A DNA stretch of 64,000 bases, from positions 30,813 through 94,812 of the forward strand of contig DATBGE010000108.1 of NCBI GenBank assembly GCA_036558125.1. The letters run 5' to 3'. The notes below the pieces were generated by a model, which saw only the letters and a list, made by a program, of their open reading frames with translations, was not told the origin of the DNA and made no database searches. Position 1 is the stretch's first letter; each line of letters starts with the position of its first letter. Shown piece after piece: positions 1 to 11,044 of the stretch. Position numbers and translations under genes: made by a program. This stretch comes from Gemmatimonadales bacterium. Its GTDB lineage: Bacteria; Gemmatimonadota; Gemmatimonadetes; Gemmatimonadales; GWC2-71-9.

Positions 1-953
1 ATCTCGACAACTTCGAGGAGGTCTGGCTCAACCCGTCGGGTCACCAGGATTCACTGTCGCTCAACCTGGTGATCCGTCCCGCCCCACCCCGGCTCGCGGC
101 GCTCGGTATTGACTATGACAGCGACATTGGTGGTCGTGCGTGGGTTGGACTGCTGGATCGTGGCGCCACGCTTCCCGGCATCGAAGGATCCGCGATCGTC
201 AACATCGACGAGCTGCGGCAAGGCATCAACGCGTCGCTCCGCCCCGCGGTCGTTGGGAGCCGTCTGGTGCGGCCGGTGCTCTCCGTCAAGATCGAAGGTG
301 AATCCGTCAGGCTGTACGACTCGAGCGGGGTGCGACAGGCCTCTGTCCGAGATCGGGAAGTCAGAGGATTTCTCGGCCTGGAACACGAGTTCGGGAGCCG
401 CGGCGTGTTCGGACTGGGAGGAGTGGCGTACGTCGGGGATGCGGACGTCCCCGAACCGTCGGGCGCCGGCTTGCAGACGTACTTCGCCTCGGGGCCGCGA
501 TACCGCTCCTCCGGAGCGTTCGGCGAGTTCACCTGGACATCGGGATACACTCGCCTTCATCTCGAGGCGAAGCAACGGTTCAAGATCGGTGCAATGAACC
601 TCATCCCCGAGCTGCAATACGGGATCGGAGACGCGCTGCCGCCCCATCTCACCCTCATGCTTGGTGGCTACGATGGGTTCCCCGGATTCCATATCGGAGA
701 GCGTCGCGGCGAATGCGTCCTGATGTTCCGCCTGACCGCTTATGAAAAGCTGATTGGTCCCTTCAGTCTCCGGCTCTCTGGGGCAACAGGGCAGGTGTCC
801 GAGCCGGACGGTGGGCTTCCCCAGGGGAATTGGCTCGCTGGCGGCAGGATCGGCCTGGGTCTCGACACTCCGATCGGCGACGTGCGGGTTGAATACGGCC
901 GGAACACCGAGGACCGGGACCAGTTCTTCGTCAGGATCGGTCAGCGCTACTAA
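1..953 (+). CDS. Omp85/surface-antigen (D15)-type outer-membrane beta-barrel protein, C-terminal part (5' end outside window)
   Basis: Frame 3 is open from the window edge into the listed 69..953 ORF. Beta-strand-like alternating pattern, LGGYDGFPGF motif, C-terminal aromatic end ...FFVRIGQRY. Confidence 0.6.
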   Translation, partial: LDNFEEVWLNPSGHQDSLSLNLVIRPAPPRLAALGIDYDSDIGGRAWVGLLDRGATLPGIEGSAIVNIDELRQGINASLRPAVVGSRLVRPVLSVKIEGESVRLYDSSGVRQASVRDREVRGFLGLEHEFGSRGVFGLGGVAYVGDADVPEPSGAGLQTYFASGPRYRSSGAFGEFTWTSGYTRLHLEAKQRFKIGAMNLIPELQYGIGDALPPHLTLMLGGYDGFPGFHIGERRGECVLMFRLTAYEKLIGPFSLRLSGATGQVSEPDGGLPQGNWLAGGRIGLGLDTPIGDVRVEYGRNTEDRDQFFVRIGQRY

Positions 954-966
954 GGCGCGGTTTCCC

Positions 967-1536
967 TCAGTCCTTCTTCCCCAGCAACTTCTTCTTGAAG
1001 TCCTCTCCAGGCCCCGGCTTCGGCCCGATCCATGAACGGAACAAGGCGTCGGCGAATTCTTTACCCTCCAGTGTTCCCTTCGCAGCTCCGTTGACCTCAA
1101 TCGAAGTGCCCTGCTCGGGCAGGTAGGTAAAGATCATTTGCTGGTTCTTGTCGATGTCGTCCATGTAGCTGCACAACGTCGTGAATTTCTCCTTCACATC
1201 CGGCGAAGCTTCGGGACTGTTGTTCTCGAGGCTCTCCTTCCAGGCGCCGCACATCTTTCCCTTGTCCACTCCGCGCAGGAAATGGAGGACGATCTGGCGT
1301 GGTTCGTCGGCGCCAAGAATCGCCTCGGCGTCCGAGGTCTTTGACGGAAGGTAGAGTCCCGCCACATAGACCTTGAATACCATCTTTTTGCGAAGCGCCA
1401 TGCCATTCAACACCAGATCGATCCCGTTCACCGTCACCGTTTCCGGCATGGTGACCCCGCTCAGGGTCTGAGTAGAATCGGCGGACGACGGCGTCGAGAC
1501 CGGCGCGGCGAGGAGAAGCGTCAAGAGCGTCAGCAT
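967..1536 (-). CDS. chalcone isomerase-like family protein, secreted
   Basis: 189 aa with an N-terminal signal peptide (MLTLLTLLLAAPVS). The VFKVYVAGLYLP segment and overall layout are typical of bacterial chalcone-isomerase-like proteins. Confidence 0.7.
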   Translation of the reverse strand: MLTLLTLLLAAPVSTPSSADSTQTLSGVTMPETVTVNGIDLVLNGMALRKKMVFKVYVAGLYLPSKTSDAEAILGADEPRQIVLHFLRGVDKGKMCGAWKESLENNSPEASPDVKEKFTTLCSYMDDIDKNQQMIFTYLPEQGTSIEVNGAAKGTLEGKEFADALFRSWIGPKPGPGEDFKKKLLGKKD

Positions 1537-1625
1537 GATTCGCCTCCGGCAGTGACAGGAATTGTCAGATGCACATTACCTGCGAAGTTCCGCCTCGCGC
1601 CACCGAAGTGCAATCCCCAGGTGTC

Positions 1626-2216
1626 TCATGGCAGTGCCAGCGCGACGCTGTCCGGCCGCAGTGCCATACGCCCACCCTCAGGGATTTCCACGTAGAGATC
1701 ACGTCCCGATGACGTAAGGGCGGGGTACTGGTCTCCTACCGAGGCCATCACCGGTTGCAGCAGCGATTCGGGTACCGGCACCCCATCAATCAGAACGTTT
1801 CTCAAGCGAAAGTGGACCGCCCGAGGCCCCGCCGTCTGGAGGTCGATCTCAGCCATCAACCGTGTCTCGGGCTTGAGGAACATCACAAGCGGGCCCAGAG
1901 AGGATCGTGCCTCGCCCGGAAGGTCGGCAAGCCGGCCGCCGAAGTGAATCAGTGCGGTATCGACCCTAACCCGATATTGGAAATCGGGTGGGATCCGGTT
2001 GACGCCGAGACGGGCCATGAGGTAGGCGGTGAAGTCTCCGCCACCCACCTGGGCCCGGTTGATCTGCTTGTCCACGAAGACTGAATCGACCAGGGCCGAG
2101 GCTCGGACGACTCCTTCGGGGGTAATGGTCTGCCAGCTGGAGTCTTGTCCCGCCAATGCGGCCGGGATCAGAAAGGACACTACCAGCAGGGTAAAGACTC
2201 GGTTCATCGTCGCCAT
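1626..2216 (-). CDS. hypothetical exported protein
   Basis: Inner ATG at 2216 (MATMNRVFTLLVVSFLIPAALAGQ) gives a clean signal peptide. The longer 2456 start adds an implausible Arg/Pro-rich extension. Confidence 0.55.
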   Translation of the reverse strand: MATMNRVFTLLVVSFLIPAALAGQDSSWQTITPEGVVRASALVDSVFVDKQINRAQVGGGDFTAYLMARLGVNRIPPDFQYRVRVDTALIHFGGRLADLPGEARSSLGPLVMFLKPETRLMAEIDLQTAGPRAVHFRLRNVLIDGVPVPESLLQPVMASVGDQYPALTSSGRDLYVEIPEGGRMALRPDSVALALP

Positions 2217-2838
2217 ATCAGAATTCTGCTCCGGACAACATATTCGGCGCAAACTTACAAATGGAGGTCCCGGATGGAGTGGTCCATCATTGGGATGAAT
2301 TTCCCCTCCGCTGGCCTGGGCGTCCTCCTGATGTATGTCTCGTCCCCGCCTGTTCGACAGCCTCACACCGCAGGTGGATCTTAAGACGGAGCTCCATCGG
2401 GGTAATGTCGCGGTTGCGATGCTGGGTTCCCTCTTCATCGCCATCGCGATCATCATCGGTGGAGCGCTGAATTGATGCGTGGCATGGTCTTCCTCGTTGC
2501 ATCACTTTCTTGCGTCCTTCCCTGCCCTGCCAACGCTCAGAGTTCGCGGAATTCCGATTTCGGGTTGATCGACGACGTCGAGTGGAACATCGCCGCGGGC
2601 ATCCTCTATGATCGGCGTCTGTGGCTGCAGTGGAGAGCGAGGTGCAGGATGACTCGACGAACGCTCATGGTCGGGCATTGTCGCGACTGCTCCCGACGTG
2701 CCACGATTGAATCTGGATCTGCTCGATCATCAAGGCCGGACCCGGGTTCGATCCCACCCCTTGCCCAGAGCCACCGGCCCCGAGACCACGCCTTCCAATT
2801 GAGTGCAGAATCGATCATCTGGCGAAACCGACTCTCAC

Positions 2839-2870
2839 GCTATATCGTACGACATATCGCAAGATATAGC
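2839..2870. promoter_or_regulatory. inverted repeat GCTATATC-N16-GATATAGC, candidate PadR operator
   Basis: Perfect 8-bp arms at 2839..2846 and 2863..2870, 34 bp upstream of the PadR start in a locally AT-rich patch. Confidence 0.35.
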
Positions 2871-2903
2871 GTGATTCCAAGGCATGAATTGGGCGAGGTG
2901 AGT

Positions 2904-3521
2904 ATGTCTAAGAACAGAAAAGACTGGGACTTCGACTTCCGGGAGCTGGATCCCGCCAACTGGGGAGGCTGGTGGCGGGGCGGCTGGCACCACGCGAGGC
3001 GACGGGGTCGGCACCAGATGTTCGAGTCCGGGGAGATGAAGTTCGTGATCCTGCGGCTCATTCGAGAAAAGCCGCGCCACGGGTACGAGATCATCAAGGC
3101 GCTGGAGGAGAAGTTCGCGGGGTGCTACACCCCGTCTGCCGGAACGGTCTACCCTACCCTTCAGCTACTCGAGGACCAGGGATACATCCGCGGAATCGAG
3201 GAAGACGGCAGGAAGGTCTACCACATCACGTCAGAAGGTGAGGCGCTCCTCGATTCCCGGCGTGACGAGGTGGACGAGATCTTCGAACGGGTTCGCGACA
3301 CCATTCGCGATGTGGCCGGAGGCGGGCTAGGGGAGGTCGGCGCGGCATTTGGCCGGCTGGCTTCGGTGACCTTCAGCCGGGCCTGGCGTCGCAGCGCGGA
3401 GGATCCCGCGGTGGCCCGGGTGGTCGAGGTACTGCGTCAGGCAACTGCGGATATCGAGCGGGCTTGGAGTTCGGGGACGGAACGGCCTGATCCGGAGGCA
3501 GGGGGAAAATCCAATGGCTGA
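2904..3521 (+). CDS. PadR family transcriptional regulator
   Basis: FVILRLIREKPRHGYEIIKALEE...GTVYPTLQLLEDQGYI...KVYHITSEG is the canonical PadR winged helix. ATG at 2904 is in frame with the 2472 ORF, whose upstream part does not look coding. Confidence 0.85.
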   Translation: MSKNRKDWDFDFRELDPANWGGWWRGGWHHARRRGRHQMFESGEMKFVILRLIREKPRHGYEIIKALEEKFAGCYTPSAGTVYPTLQLLEDQGYIRGIEEDGRKVYHITSEGEALLDSRRDEVDEIFERVRDTIRDVAGGGLGEVGAAFGRLASVTFSRAWRRSAEDPAVARVVEVLRQATADIERAWSSGTERPDPEAGGKSNG

Positions 3522-3771
3522 CTGGAACGCGATGCCCCCGTGGATCTGGTTAGTGATCGTGGCCATTCTGTTCTCCGGCTTTCGGCGCGGACGCTACCGC
3601 CCAAGGAGTGAGCCGCAGGTCGTTGAGCGGGAAGATCCCAGAGTGGACGACTTGCAGGCTCGGGTCGCTGAGCTGGAGAATCGGCTGGATTTCACCGAGA
3701 GGCTGCTCTCCAGCCGCCCGACGCCTGAGCACGAAGCGACCCTCTCCGAATCGGGACGGAGAGGGTCGTAG
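3514..3771 (+). CDS. small membrane protein (one N-terminal TM helix plus coiled-coil tail)
   Basis: 8-nt overlap with the PadR stop. PPWIWLVIVAILFSGF is a TM segment, followed by DDLQARVAELENRLDFTERLL. Confidence 0.5.
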   Translation: MADWNAMPPWIWLVIVAILFSGFRRGRYRPRSEPQVVEREDPRVDDLQARVAELENRLDFTERLLSSRPTPEHEATLSESGRRGS

Positions 3772-3789
3772 GTCTTTCGGAATATCGAA

Positions 3790-4362
3790 TCAGAGCAGGC
3801 CGGTCAAAGGCGCGGCGTAGCTCTCACTGCGAGTTTCCGGCTCGCCATAGCGGCCTTCGTGCGCGTGTTGCCGGTTCCATTCCTCACGGAGACAGAAGGG
3901 ATCGAGCCCGTGCGGCCGGTCCACCGCCAGCACTCCGTCGAGATGGTCGATTTCATGCTGCAGGAGTTCGGCGCGATCCTCCTCCAGGTCCACCGTGTGC
4001 CACTCGCCCTTCACATCCTGATATCGCACCTTGATGCGGTACGCCCGTGAGACCCGGACCAGCAGGTTGGGGAACGAAAAACAGTCATCCCAGACCGTGA
4101 AGTCCTCGTTTCCGACATCGACGATCTCCGGGTTGATCAGCGCCCAGGGCTTCTCCATCTCCACGAACACGATGCGAACTGGCGCCCCGATTTGCGGCGC
4201 GGCCAGCGCTCGACCATACCCGAACCGGGACTGAAAGTCCCGCAGGGTATCCCGAAGGTCGTCTATGATCACCCGAACCGCGGCAGACCCTGGCTTCGCG
4301 ATCGGCTCGCAACGAGTACGCAGAATCGGGTCGCCCAGCATTCGGATGCGGTGAATCGTCAT
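3790..4362 (-). CDS. def: peptide deformylase
   Basis: The three deformylase motifs are present: ALAAPQIG, DDCFSFP (EGCLS-like) and QHEIDHLDG. Confidence 0.9.
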   Translation of the reverse strand: MTIHRIRMLGDPILRTRCEPIAKPGSAAVRVIIDDLRDTLRDFQSRFGYGRALAAPQIGAPVRIVFVEMEKPWALINPEIVDVGNEDFTVWDDCFSFPNLLVRVSRAYRIKVRYQDVKGEWHTVDLEEDRAELLQHEIDHLDGVLAVDRPHGLDPFCLREEWNRQHAHEGRYGEPETRSESYAAPLTGLL

Positions 4363-4568
4363 GGTTGGCGCCGGTTGGCGTGTGGTCTGAGAAGCATGGT
4401 CTAATCTGCTATTCCAAACTCAAACCCACAATAACAAGAAAGGGTTACTTGGCTCGTATAGTAGTATGTATAGCAACAGCGTTAATAGCCCGTAATAAAT
4501 TCAGGGTAAGTCAATGACTAGATGCGCCAATCCCATTCGTGCCAAAATGTTGGCGTTTACTTTGACAA
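4363..4568. promoter_or_regulatory. AT-rich divergent promoter region (def / sufR)
   Basis: About 200 bp, visibly lower in GC than anything else in the window. Contains a TTGACA hexamer, TATAAT-like elements and the short palindrome AACAGCGTT. Confidence 0.4.
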
Positions 4569-5317
4569 ATGCCGACCAAGCAACTAGGATTCCCGCCTAT
4601 AATGACCTCCCAACCTCTGTACCCATCCGCGCATAGCCTCCTGCCAACCGCCTATCACGGGCCTCGTGGGGACCTGCTCCTCGAGTTGAAGCTGGCCGGC
4701 CAACTGACGGCTCGGGACTTGGCCACCAAGCTCGAGCTGTCACTGAACGCAGTGCGGCATCACCTGAAGGAGTTAGAGGGGGAAGGCCTGATCCGGCATC
4801 GCCGGGAACAGCGCGGAGTGGGCGCTCCTACTTTCGCCTATCATCTGACGACCGAGGGCGAGGGACTGTTCCCTCAACGACAGGTGGAGTTGCTGACCGA
4901 AGTCCTGGAACGCGTCGCGGCCCAGTCGGGCCGAGGGGCCATCGTGTCCGCCATGGAAACCCGTTTTGCCGACCTTGCCCGCCAACTGCAGACCGACCTG
5001 GAGGGTGCCTCGCCCTCGCGTCGCCGAGAAGTGGTGCTGCAAGCGCTGACGGATGGCGGCTTCATGGCTGAGTGGACCGAAGGGCTCGGCGAGTACAAGC
5101 TGACCGAGCATCACTGCGCCGTTCGCGCAGTGGCCGAGCGATTTCCGGAGATCTGCGAGGCGGAAGCGAAATTTCTGCATGAGGTGCTCGCGGCCGCAGT
5201 GGAACGTGAGTCCCACATTCTTCACGGCTGCACGGCCTGTGAATACAAGGTTCGCTTTCCCGAAACCGGGGAGTTGACCGACCTTACCTGGAACCATGAG
5301 TCGCACGAGGAGTCTGC

Positions 5318-5321
<4 letters not shown>
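4569..5321 (+). CDS. sufR: SufR-like iron-sulfur cluster biosynthesis transcriptional regulator (wHTH plus Cys-rich C-terminus)
   Basis: ArsR/DeoR-type wHTH ([30 protein letters not shown]). C-terminal C-x12-C-x24-C-x2-C. ATGA overlap with sufB. Start could instead be 4602 (MTSQ). Confidence 0.7.
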
Positions 5322-6754
<1,433 letters not shown>

Positions 6755-6792
6755 GGGCGGACAGCGTTTAGCGAACCCAAGGGAGATTTACG

Positions 6793-7548
6793 GTGCTACA
6801 GGTCAACAACCTCCACGCCCAGGCGGGAGAGAAGAAGATCCTCAACGGCATCACGCTGACGGTGAACCGGGGTGAGGTGCATGCGGTCATGGGCCCGAAC
6901 GGGTCCGGAAAGAGTACGCTGGCTCAAGTCCTGGCCGGTCATCCCGCGTACGAGGTCACCGAAGGCACGGTGACCTACGACGGGCAGGATCTGCTGGACA
7001 TGGAGCCTGAAGAGCGCGCGAGGGCAGGGGTCTTCCTCGCCTTCCAGTATCCGGTGGAGATACCCGGCGTTACCAACGCCTATTTTCTCCGGGCCGCCCT
7101 GAACGAGGTGCGGAAGGCCAGAGGTGAGGAAGAGCTCGATCCCATTGATTTCATGGATCTGGCCGAGGAGCGGCTCAAGCTCGTGGATTGGGGTCCGGAG
7201 ATTTTGGGCCGAATGGTCAACGCCGGGTTCTCGGGTGGTGAGAAGAAGCGCAACGAGATTCTCCAGATGGCGATCCTGGAACCGCGCCTCGCGATCCTCG
7301 ATGAGACCGACTCGGGACTCGACATCGATGCGTTGCGCGTCGTCGCGGCCGGCGTCAACCAGCTTCGTCGCCCGGACAACGCGACGGTCGTGGTGACCCA
7401 CTACCAGCGGTTGCTCAATTACATCGTGCCCGACGTGGTACACGTCCTCGCCGCCGGCCGCATCGTGAAGTCGGGAGGTAAGGAGCTGGCCCTCGAGCTG
7501 GAGGCCAAGGGGTACGACTGGTTGACGGGAGGGCCGAGGGCAGCGTGA
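6793..7548 (+). CDS. sufC: Fe-S cluster assembly ATPase SufC
   Basis: Walker A GPNGSGKST, signature FSGGEKKR, Walker B LAILDETDSGLD. GTG start. Confidence 0.95.
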   Translation: MLQVNNLHAQAGEKKILNGITLTVNRGEVHAVMGPNGSGKSTLAQVLAGHPAYEVTEGTVTYDGQDLLDMEPEERARAGVFLAFQYPVEIPGVTNAYFLRAALNEVRKARGEEELDPIDFMDLAEERLKLVDWGPEILGRMVNAGFSGGEKKRNEILQMAILEPRLAILDETDSGLDIDALRVVAAGVNQLRRPDNATVVVTHYQRLLNYIVPDVVHVLAAGRIVKSGGKELALELEAKGYDWLTGGPRAA

Positions 7549-8855
7549 CGACTTCGTACCTGACTGACTTCGACGCGATCGCCCGGAACGGGGGTAGCAA
7601 GGCTCCCTGGTTGACCGGCCTGCGCCGTTCGGCCATTGACCGTTTTGCGGCGCAGGGCTTCCCGGGGGCCCGGGAAGAGGACTGGCGCTTCAACAACCTC
7701 GGGCCCATCACGTCGCGCAGCTTTCCGTTGGCGCCGGTCGTGGCCGCTGCGCCGACCACCCGGGATGTGGCGCGGTTTCTTTACTCTATTCCCGGCGGAA
7801 GCGCGCTGGTGTTCCTCAACGGGCGGTTCTCTCCGGAGCTCTCGACACCGGCGCCCAACGTCGATGGAGTAACGGTCTCCAATCTGGCCGCGGCGCTGGG
7901 TACCCATGGCAAGGTGCTGGGAGACCACCTGGGCCGTTACGCCAAGATCGAAAAGAGCGGGTTCACGGCACTCAACACTGCCTTCGGTCACGATGGTGTC
8001 TTTGTCCACGTGAAGGCCGGTGCCGCGATGGCCGGTCCGGTCCATGCCGTGTTCGTCTCAGACGGCTCGACTGCCGGGGCCGCGGCATATCCCCGCAACT
8101 TCATTCTGCTCGAATCCGGAGCCACCGGTGCGGTGATTGAGAGCTACGTCGCTCTTCAAGGTGGGACCTACCTCGTGAACACGGTTACCGAGGCGGTGGT
8201 CGGGGAAGGGGCCCGGCTCGAACACACCAAGATCCAGCGGGAGAGTGAGCAGGCCTACCACGTAGGGACCACCCACGTCCATCAGGAACGGGACAGTCAC
8301 TCGACCAGCTTCTCGATCAGCCTGGGGGCCGCCATCTGCCGTAACAATCTTGACGTGGTCCTTAATGGGCCGGGCATCGAAGGTCAGTTGCTCGGCCTGT
8401 ACATGGGGCGCGGGCGTCAGGAGGTGGATAACCACACCTCCATTCTGCATGCCTCGCCCAACTGCTCGACCCGTGAGGTCTACAAGGGAATTTTGGACGG
8501 TACGGCGCACGCTATCTTCAACGGCAAGGTCTACGTCACTCCCGAAGCGCAGAAGACCGACGCCAAGCAGACCAATCGGAATCTTCTGTTGTCCGATCGG
8601 GCCAAGGTCGACACCAAGCCCCAGCTCGAAATCTTCGCCGATGATGTGAAGTGCACTCACGGCGCGACCGTCGGCAATCTCGATCCGCTGGCGGCCTTCT
8701 ATCTCAAGAGCCGCGGCATCGGGCCGCTGCTGGGACGGAAGATCCTGACCTACGCCTTCGCCGCTGAAATCCTCGAGGAACTACCCTATCCTGCTGTCCG
8801 TTCGGGACTGGAAGCTCTGGTGAACGCCCGGCTCGAGGAAGGCGTCGAGGCGTGA
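7545..8855 (+). CDS. sufD: Fe-S cluster assembly protein SufD
   Basis: 436 aa. SufB/D beta-helix C-terminal region (KPQLEIFADDVKCTHGAT). GTGA overlap with sufC. Confidence 0.9.
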   Translation: MTTSYLTDFDAIARNGGSKAPWLTGLRRSAIDRFAAQGFPGAREEDWRFNNLGPITSRSFPLAPVVAAAPTTRDVARFLYSIPGGSALVFLNGRFSPELSTPAPNVDGVTVSNLAAALGTHGKVLGDHLGRYAKIEKSGFTALNTAFGHDGVFVHVKAGAAMAGPVHAVFVSDGSTAGAAAYPRNFILLESGATGAVIESYVALQGGTYLVNTVTEAVVGEGARLEHTKIQRESEQAYHVGTTHVHQERDSHSTSFSISLGAAICRNNLDVVLNGPGIEGQLLGLYMGRGRQEVDNHTSILHASPNCSTREVYKGILDGTAHAIFNGKVYVTPEAQKTDAKQTNRNLLLSDRAKVDTKPQLEIFADDVKCTHGATVGNLDPLAAFYLKSRGIGPLLGRKILTYAFAAEILEELPYPAVRSGLEALVNARLEEGVEA

Positions 8856-10123
8856 CCGCCACCGCCCGGGTCCCCGGCAATGCTGGCCCAGGCCCAGCCC
8901 CAGCCCCGTTCGACGCGGAGAGGGCGAGGAAGGACTTCCCAGGGCTCGCCGCCCGGATCCGCGGGTATCCTCTGATCTATCTCGACAACGCGGCGACCAG
9001 CCAGCGTCCGCGGCAGGTCATTGAAGCCATCAGCACCTTCGAGCTGACCCACGCCGCGAACGTACACCGCGGCGTTCACACGCTGAGCCAGCAGGCCACG
9101 GCGGCGTACGACGAAGCTCGCGAAAAGGTGCGGGCTTTCATCAACGCTGGTAATGCTTCGGAGATCATCTTCACTTCGGGCACGACGGCATCGCTCAACC
9201 TTGTCGCCGGCAGCTATGGCCGGAGATTTCTCAAGCCGGGCGACGAGATCGTCGTTACCGAGATGGAGCACCACTCCAACCTGGTGCCTTGGCAGCTGAT
9301 CGCTGAACAGACCGGTGCGGTAGTCCGTGCCCTTCCCGTGAACGATCGTGGCGAGCTGGAGCGGCAAGCCTTCGACCAGCTGATCGGACCGCGGACCCGA
9401 ATTGTTGCGCTGGCGCATGTCAGCAACGTTATGGGGACCGTCAATCCGGTTCGGGAGATCGCCGACCGGGCGCACGCACAGGGTGCTGTGGTCGTGGTGG
9501 ACGGGGCCCAGGCAGTGCCCCACCTCCCGGTGGATGTGCAGCGATTGGGGTGCGACTTTTACGCCGCATCAGCCCACAAGATGTACGGCCCCACCGGAGT
9601 CGGCTTTCTCTACGGACGGCTCGATTTGCTGGAGAGGATGCCGCCGTGGCAGGGCGGTGGGGGCATGATCGAACGGGTCGCCTTGGAAGGCACCACCTTC
9701 GCTCCGCCGCCCGCGCGATTCGAGGCGGGGACCCCGCCGATCGCCCAGGCAGTGGGTCTGGGTGCGGCGATCGACTATTTCCGGACACTCGCGGGTGAGA
9801 GCCTGGCGCACCACGAGCAGGACCTCCTTGCTTACGCGACCACCCAGGTGGGGCAACTCCCAGGCGTCCGGCTTATTGGCACGGCCAATGACAGAGTGAG
9901 CGTCCTCTCCTTCCTGGTCGAAGGGGTGCATCCGCATGATGTCGGGACGGTCCTCGACGCCCGAGGTGTCGCGGTGCGCGCCGGGCACCACTGTGCTCAA
10001 CCCCTGATGCGGCGATTCGGCGTGCAGGGCACGGTCCGCGCTTCCTTCGGACTATACAATCGACGCGAGGAAGTGGACGTCCTGGTCGATGCACTGGGTG
10101 AGGTGCGGAAGGTGTTCGGATGA
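8852..10123 (+). CDS. sufS: cysteine desulfurase SufS (class V aminotransferase fold)
   Basis: PLP lysine context SAHKMYGPTG, catalytic-loop RAGHHCAQP, operon position. Confidence 0.9.
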   Translation: MTATARVPGNAGPGPAPAPFDAERARKDFPGLAARIRGYPLIYLDNAATSQRPRQVIEAISTFELTHAANVHRGVHTLSQQATAAYDEAREKVRAFINAGNASEIIFTSGTTASLNLVAGSYGRRFLKPGDEIVVTEMEHHSNLVPWQLIAEQTGAVVRALPVNDRGELERQAFDQLIGPRTRIVALAHVSNVMGTVNPVREIADRAHAQGAVVVVDGAQAVPHLPVDVQRLGCDFYAASAHKMYGPTGVGFLYGRLDLLERMPPWQGGGGMIERVALEGTTFAPPPARFEAGTPPIAQAVGLGAAIDYFRTLAGESLAHHEQDLLAYATTQVGQLPGVRLIGTANDRVSVLSFLVEGVHPHDVGTVLDARGVAVRAGHHCAQPLMRRFGVQGTVRASFGLYNRREEVDVLVDALGEVRKVFG

Positions 10124-10572
10124 ACGGCGATCTCAGCGAGCTGTACCAGAGCCTGATTCTGGACCACAACCGCGCGCCGAGGAACTTCCGGGTGCTGGAA
10201 GGGGCCAATCGCCACGCGGATGGGTACAACCCGCTCTGCGGAGACTCTCTCTCGGTGTGGCTCAAGCTCGAAGGAGACAAGATCGTCGACGCCAGCTTCC
10301 AAGGTTCCGGCTGCGCCATCTCCAAGGCCTCGGCCTCGCTGATGACGACAGTGGTCAAGGGCAAGACCAGAGAGGAAGCCGGCGAAATCTTCGCCAACTT
10401 CCAGCGAATGGTGACCGGTCAGCCCGGCGCTTCGGACGATTTGCCGCCCCGGTTGGCTGTTTTCGCAGGAGTGCGGGAATATCCTGCGCGGGTGAAATGT
10501 GCGAGTCTACCCTGGCACGCGATGAAGGCGGCGCTGGAGGGCAGTGAAACAGAACGAGTATCCACGGAGTAG
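10120..10572 (+). CDS. sufU: SUF-system NifU/IscU-like scaffold SufU
   Basis: YNPLCGD, GSGCAISKAS and the CASLPW Cys ligand pattern. ATGA overlap with sufS. Confidence 0.85.
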   Translation: MNGDLSELYQSLILDHNRAPRNFRVLEGANRHADGYNPLCGDSLSVWLKLEGDKIVDASFQGSGCAISKASASLMTTVVKGKTREEAGEIFANFQRMVTGQPGASDDLPPRLAVFAGVREYPARVKCASLPWHAMKAALEGSETERVSTE

Positions 10573-10611
10573 CGTCGCTTGAGAACGGTGCAATCATTCA
10601 AGGAGAGCAGA

Positions 10612-11043
10612 ATGCCGTATGATCCCCGGGTATCACAGCCGATGCGCGAGGAAATGGTGCGCATGGGCGCCCAGGAGCTGAAGACCGTCGCCGAGGTGGA
10701 CGCCGCGCTCGGAGACCAGCGCGGAACCACGCTCGTATTCGTCAATTCGGTGTGCGGGTGCGCCGCTGGAAGCGCCCGGCCCGGCCTTTCGCTGGCGCTG
10801 CGCCACGGAAACCGTCCGCAACGCGTGGTCACGGTATTTGCGGGGGTCGATCTGGATGCGGCCGCCAGGGCGCGGCAGTACTTCAGCGACTACGCTCCCA
10901 GCTCCCCTTCAATCGCTCTCTTCAGCGACGGCGAGGTGGTTCACTTCGTCCATCGTCACCAAATAGAGGGCCGAGGGCCGCAGGACATCGCCCGGGACCT
11001 GGTAGCCGCGTTCGATAAGTTCTGCGCAACCAGCTCGGTTTGA
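10612..11043 (+). CDS. bacilliredoxin-like protein (BrxA/BrxB, DUF1094 family)
   Basis: TLVFVNSVCGCAAG holds the CGC redox motif in a thioredoxin-like context. AGGAG lies 6 nt before the ATG at 10612. Confidence 0.75.
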   Translation: MPYDPRVSQPMREEMVRMGAQELKTVAEVDAALGDQRGTTLVFVNSVCGCAAGSARPGLSLALRHGNRPQRVVTVFAGVDLDAAARARQYFSDYAPSSPSIALFSDGEVVHFVHRHQIEGRGPQDIARDLVAAFDKFCATSSV

Positions 11044-11044
11044 C

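Noticed and set aside
51-1100. Long antisense or alternate-frame ORFs (e.g. 51..1100 -, 5531..6355 -, 13273..14133 -, 17136..17882 -, 30922..31869 -, 35529..36488 +, 35670..36458 -, 53607..54377 -, 59586..60320 -)
   Set aside because: These are typical shadow ORFs of GC-rich DNA. They are Arg/Pro/Gly-rich low-complexity translations with no motifs, and each fully overlaps a gene with strong family signatures.
1536-1626. TGACA-N5-TGTCA inverted repeat upstream of the chalcone-isomerase-like gene
   Set aside because: It is a 5-bp arm only, easily due to chance, with no supporting regulator nearby.
2735-2765. tRNA or tmRNA-like T-arm sequence (CCGGGTTCGATCCCACC), with a nearby GAATCTGGATCTGCTCGATC that recalls a tmRNA 5' end
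   Set aside because: The T-stem can pair only 2-3 bp. I could not build an acceptor stem, an anticodon arm or a CCA-proximal complement, and the order of elements does not fit a standard or permuted tmRNA. This needs tRNAscan/ARAGORN/Rfam to be sure.
2472-2903. N-terminal extensions of track ORFs (2472 for PadR, 11601 for the ABC ATPase, 14035 for mnmG, 55547 for the FAD subunit, 49302 for the ZnuB-like gene, 58515 for the BFD-like gene, 25156 for the plsC-like gene)
   Set aside because: The extensions cross repeat arrays, terminators or neighbouring genes and look non-coding. Internal starts give canonical N-termini, signal peptides or classic 4-nt overlaps.
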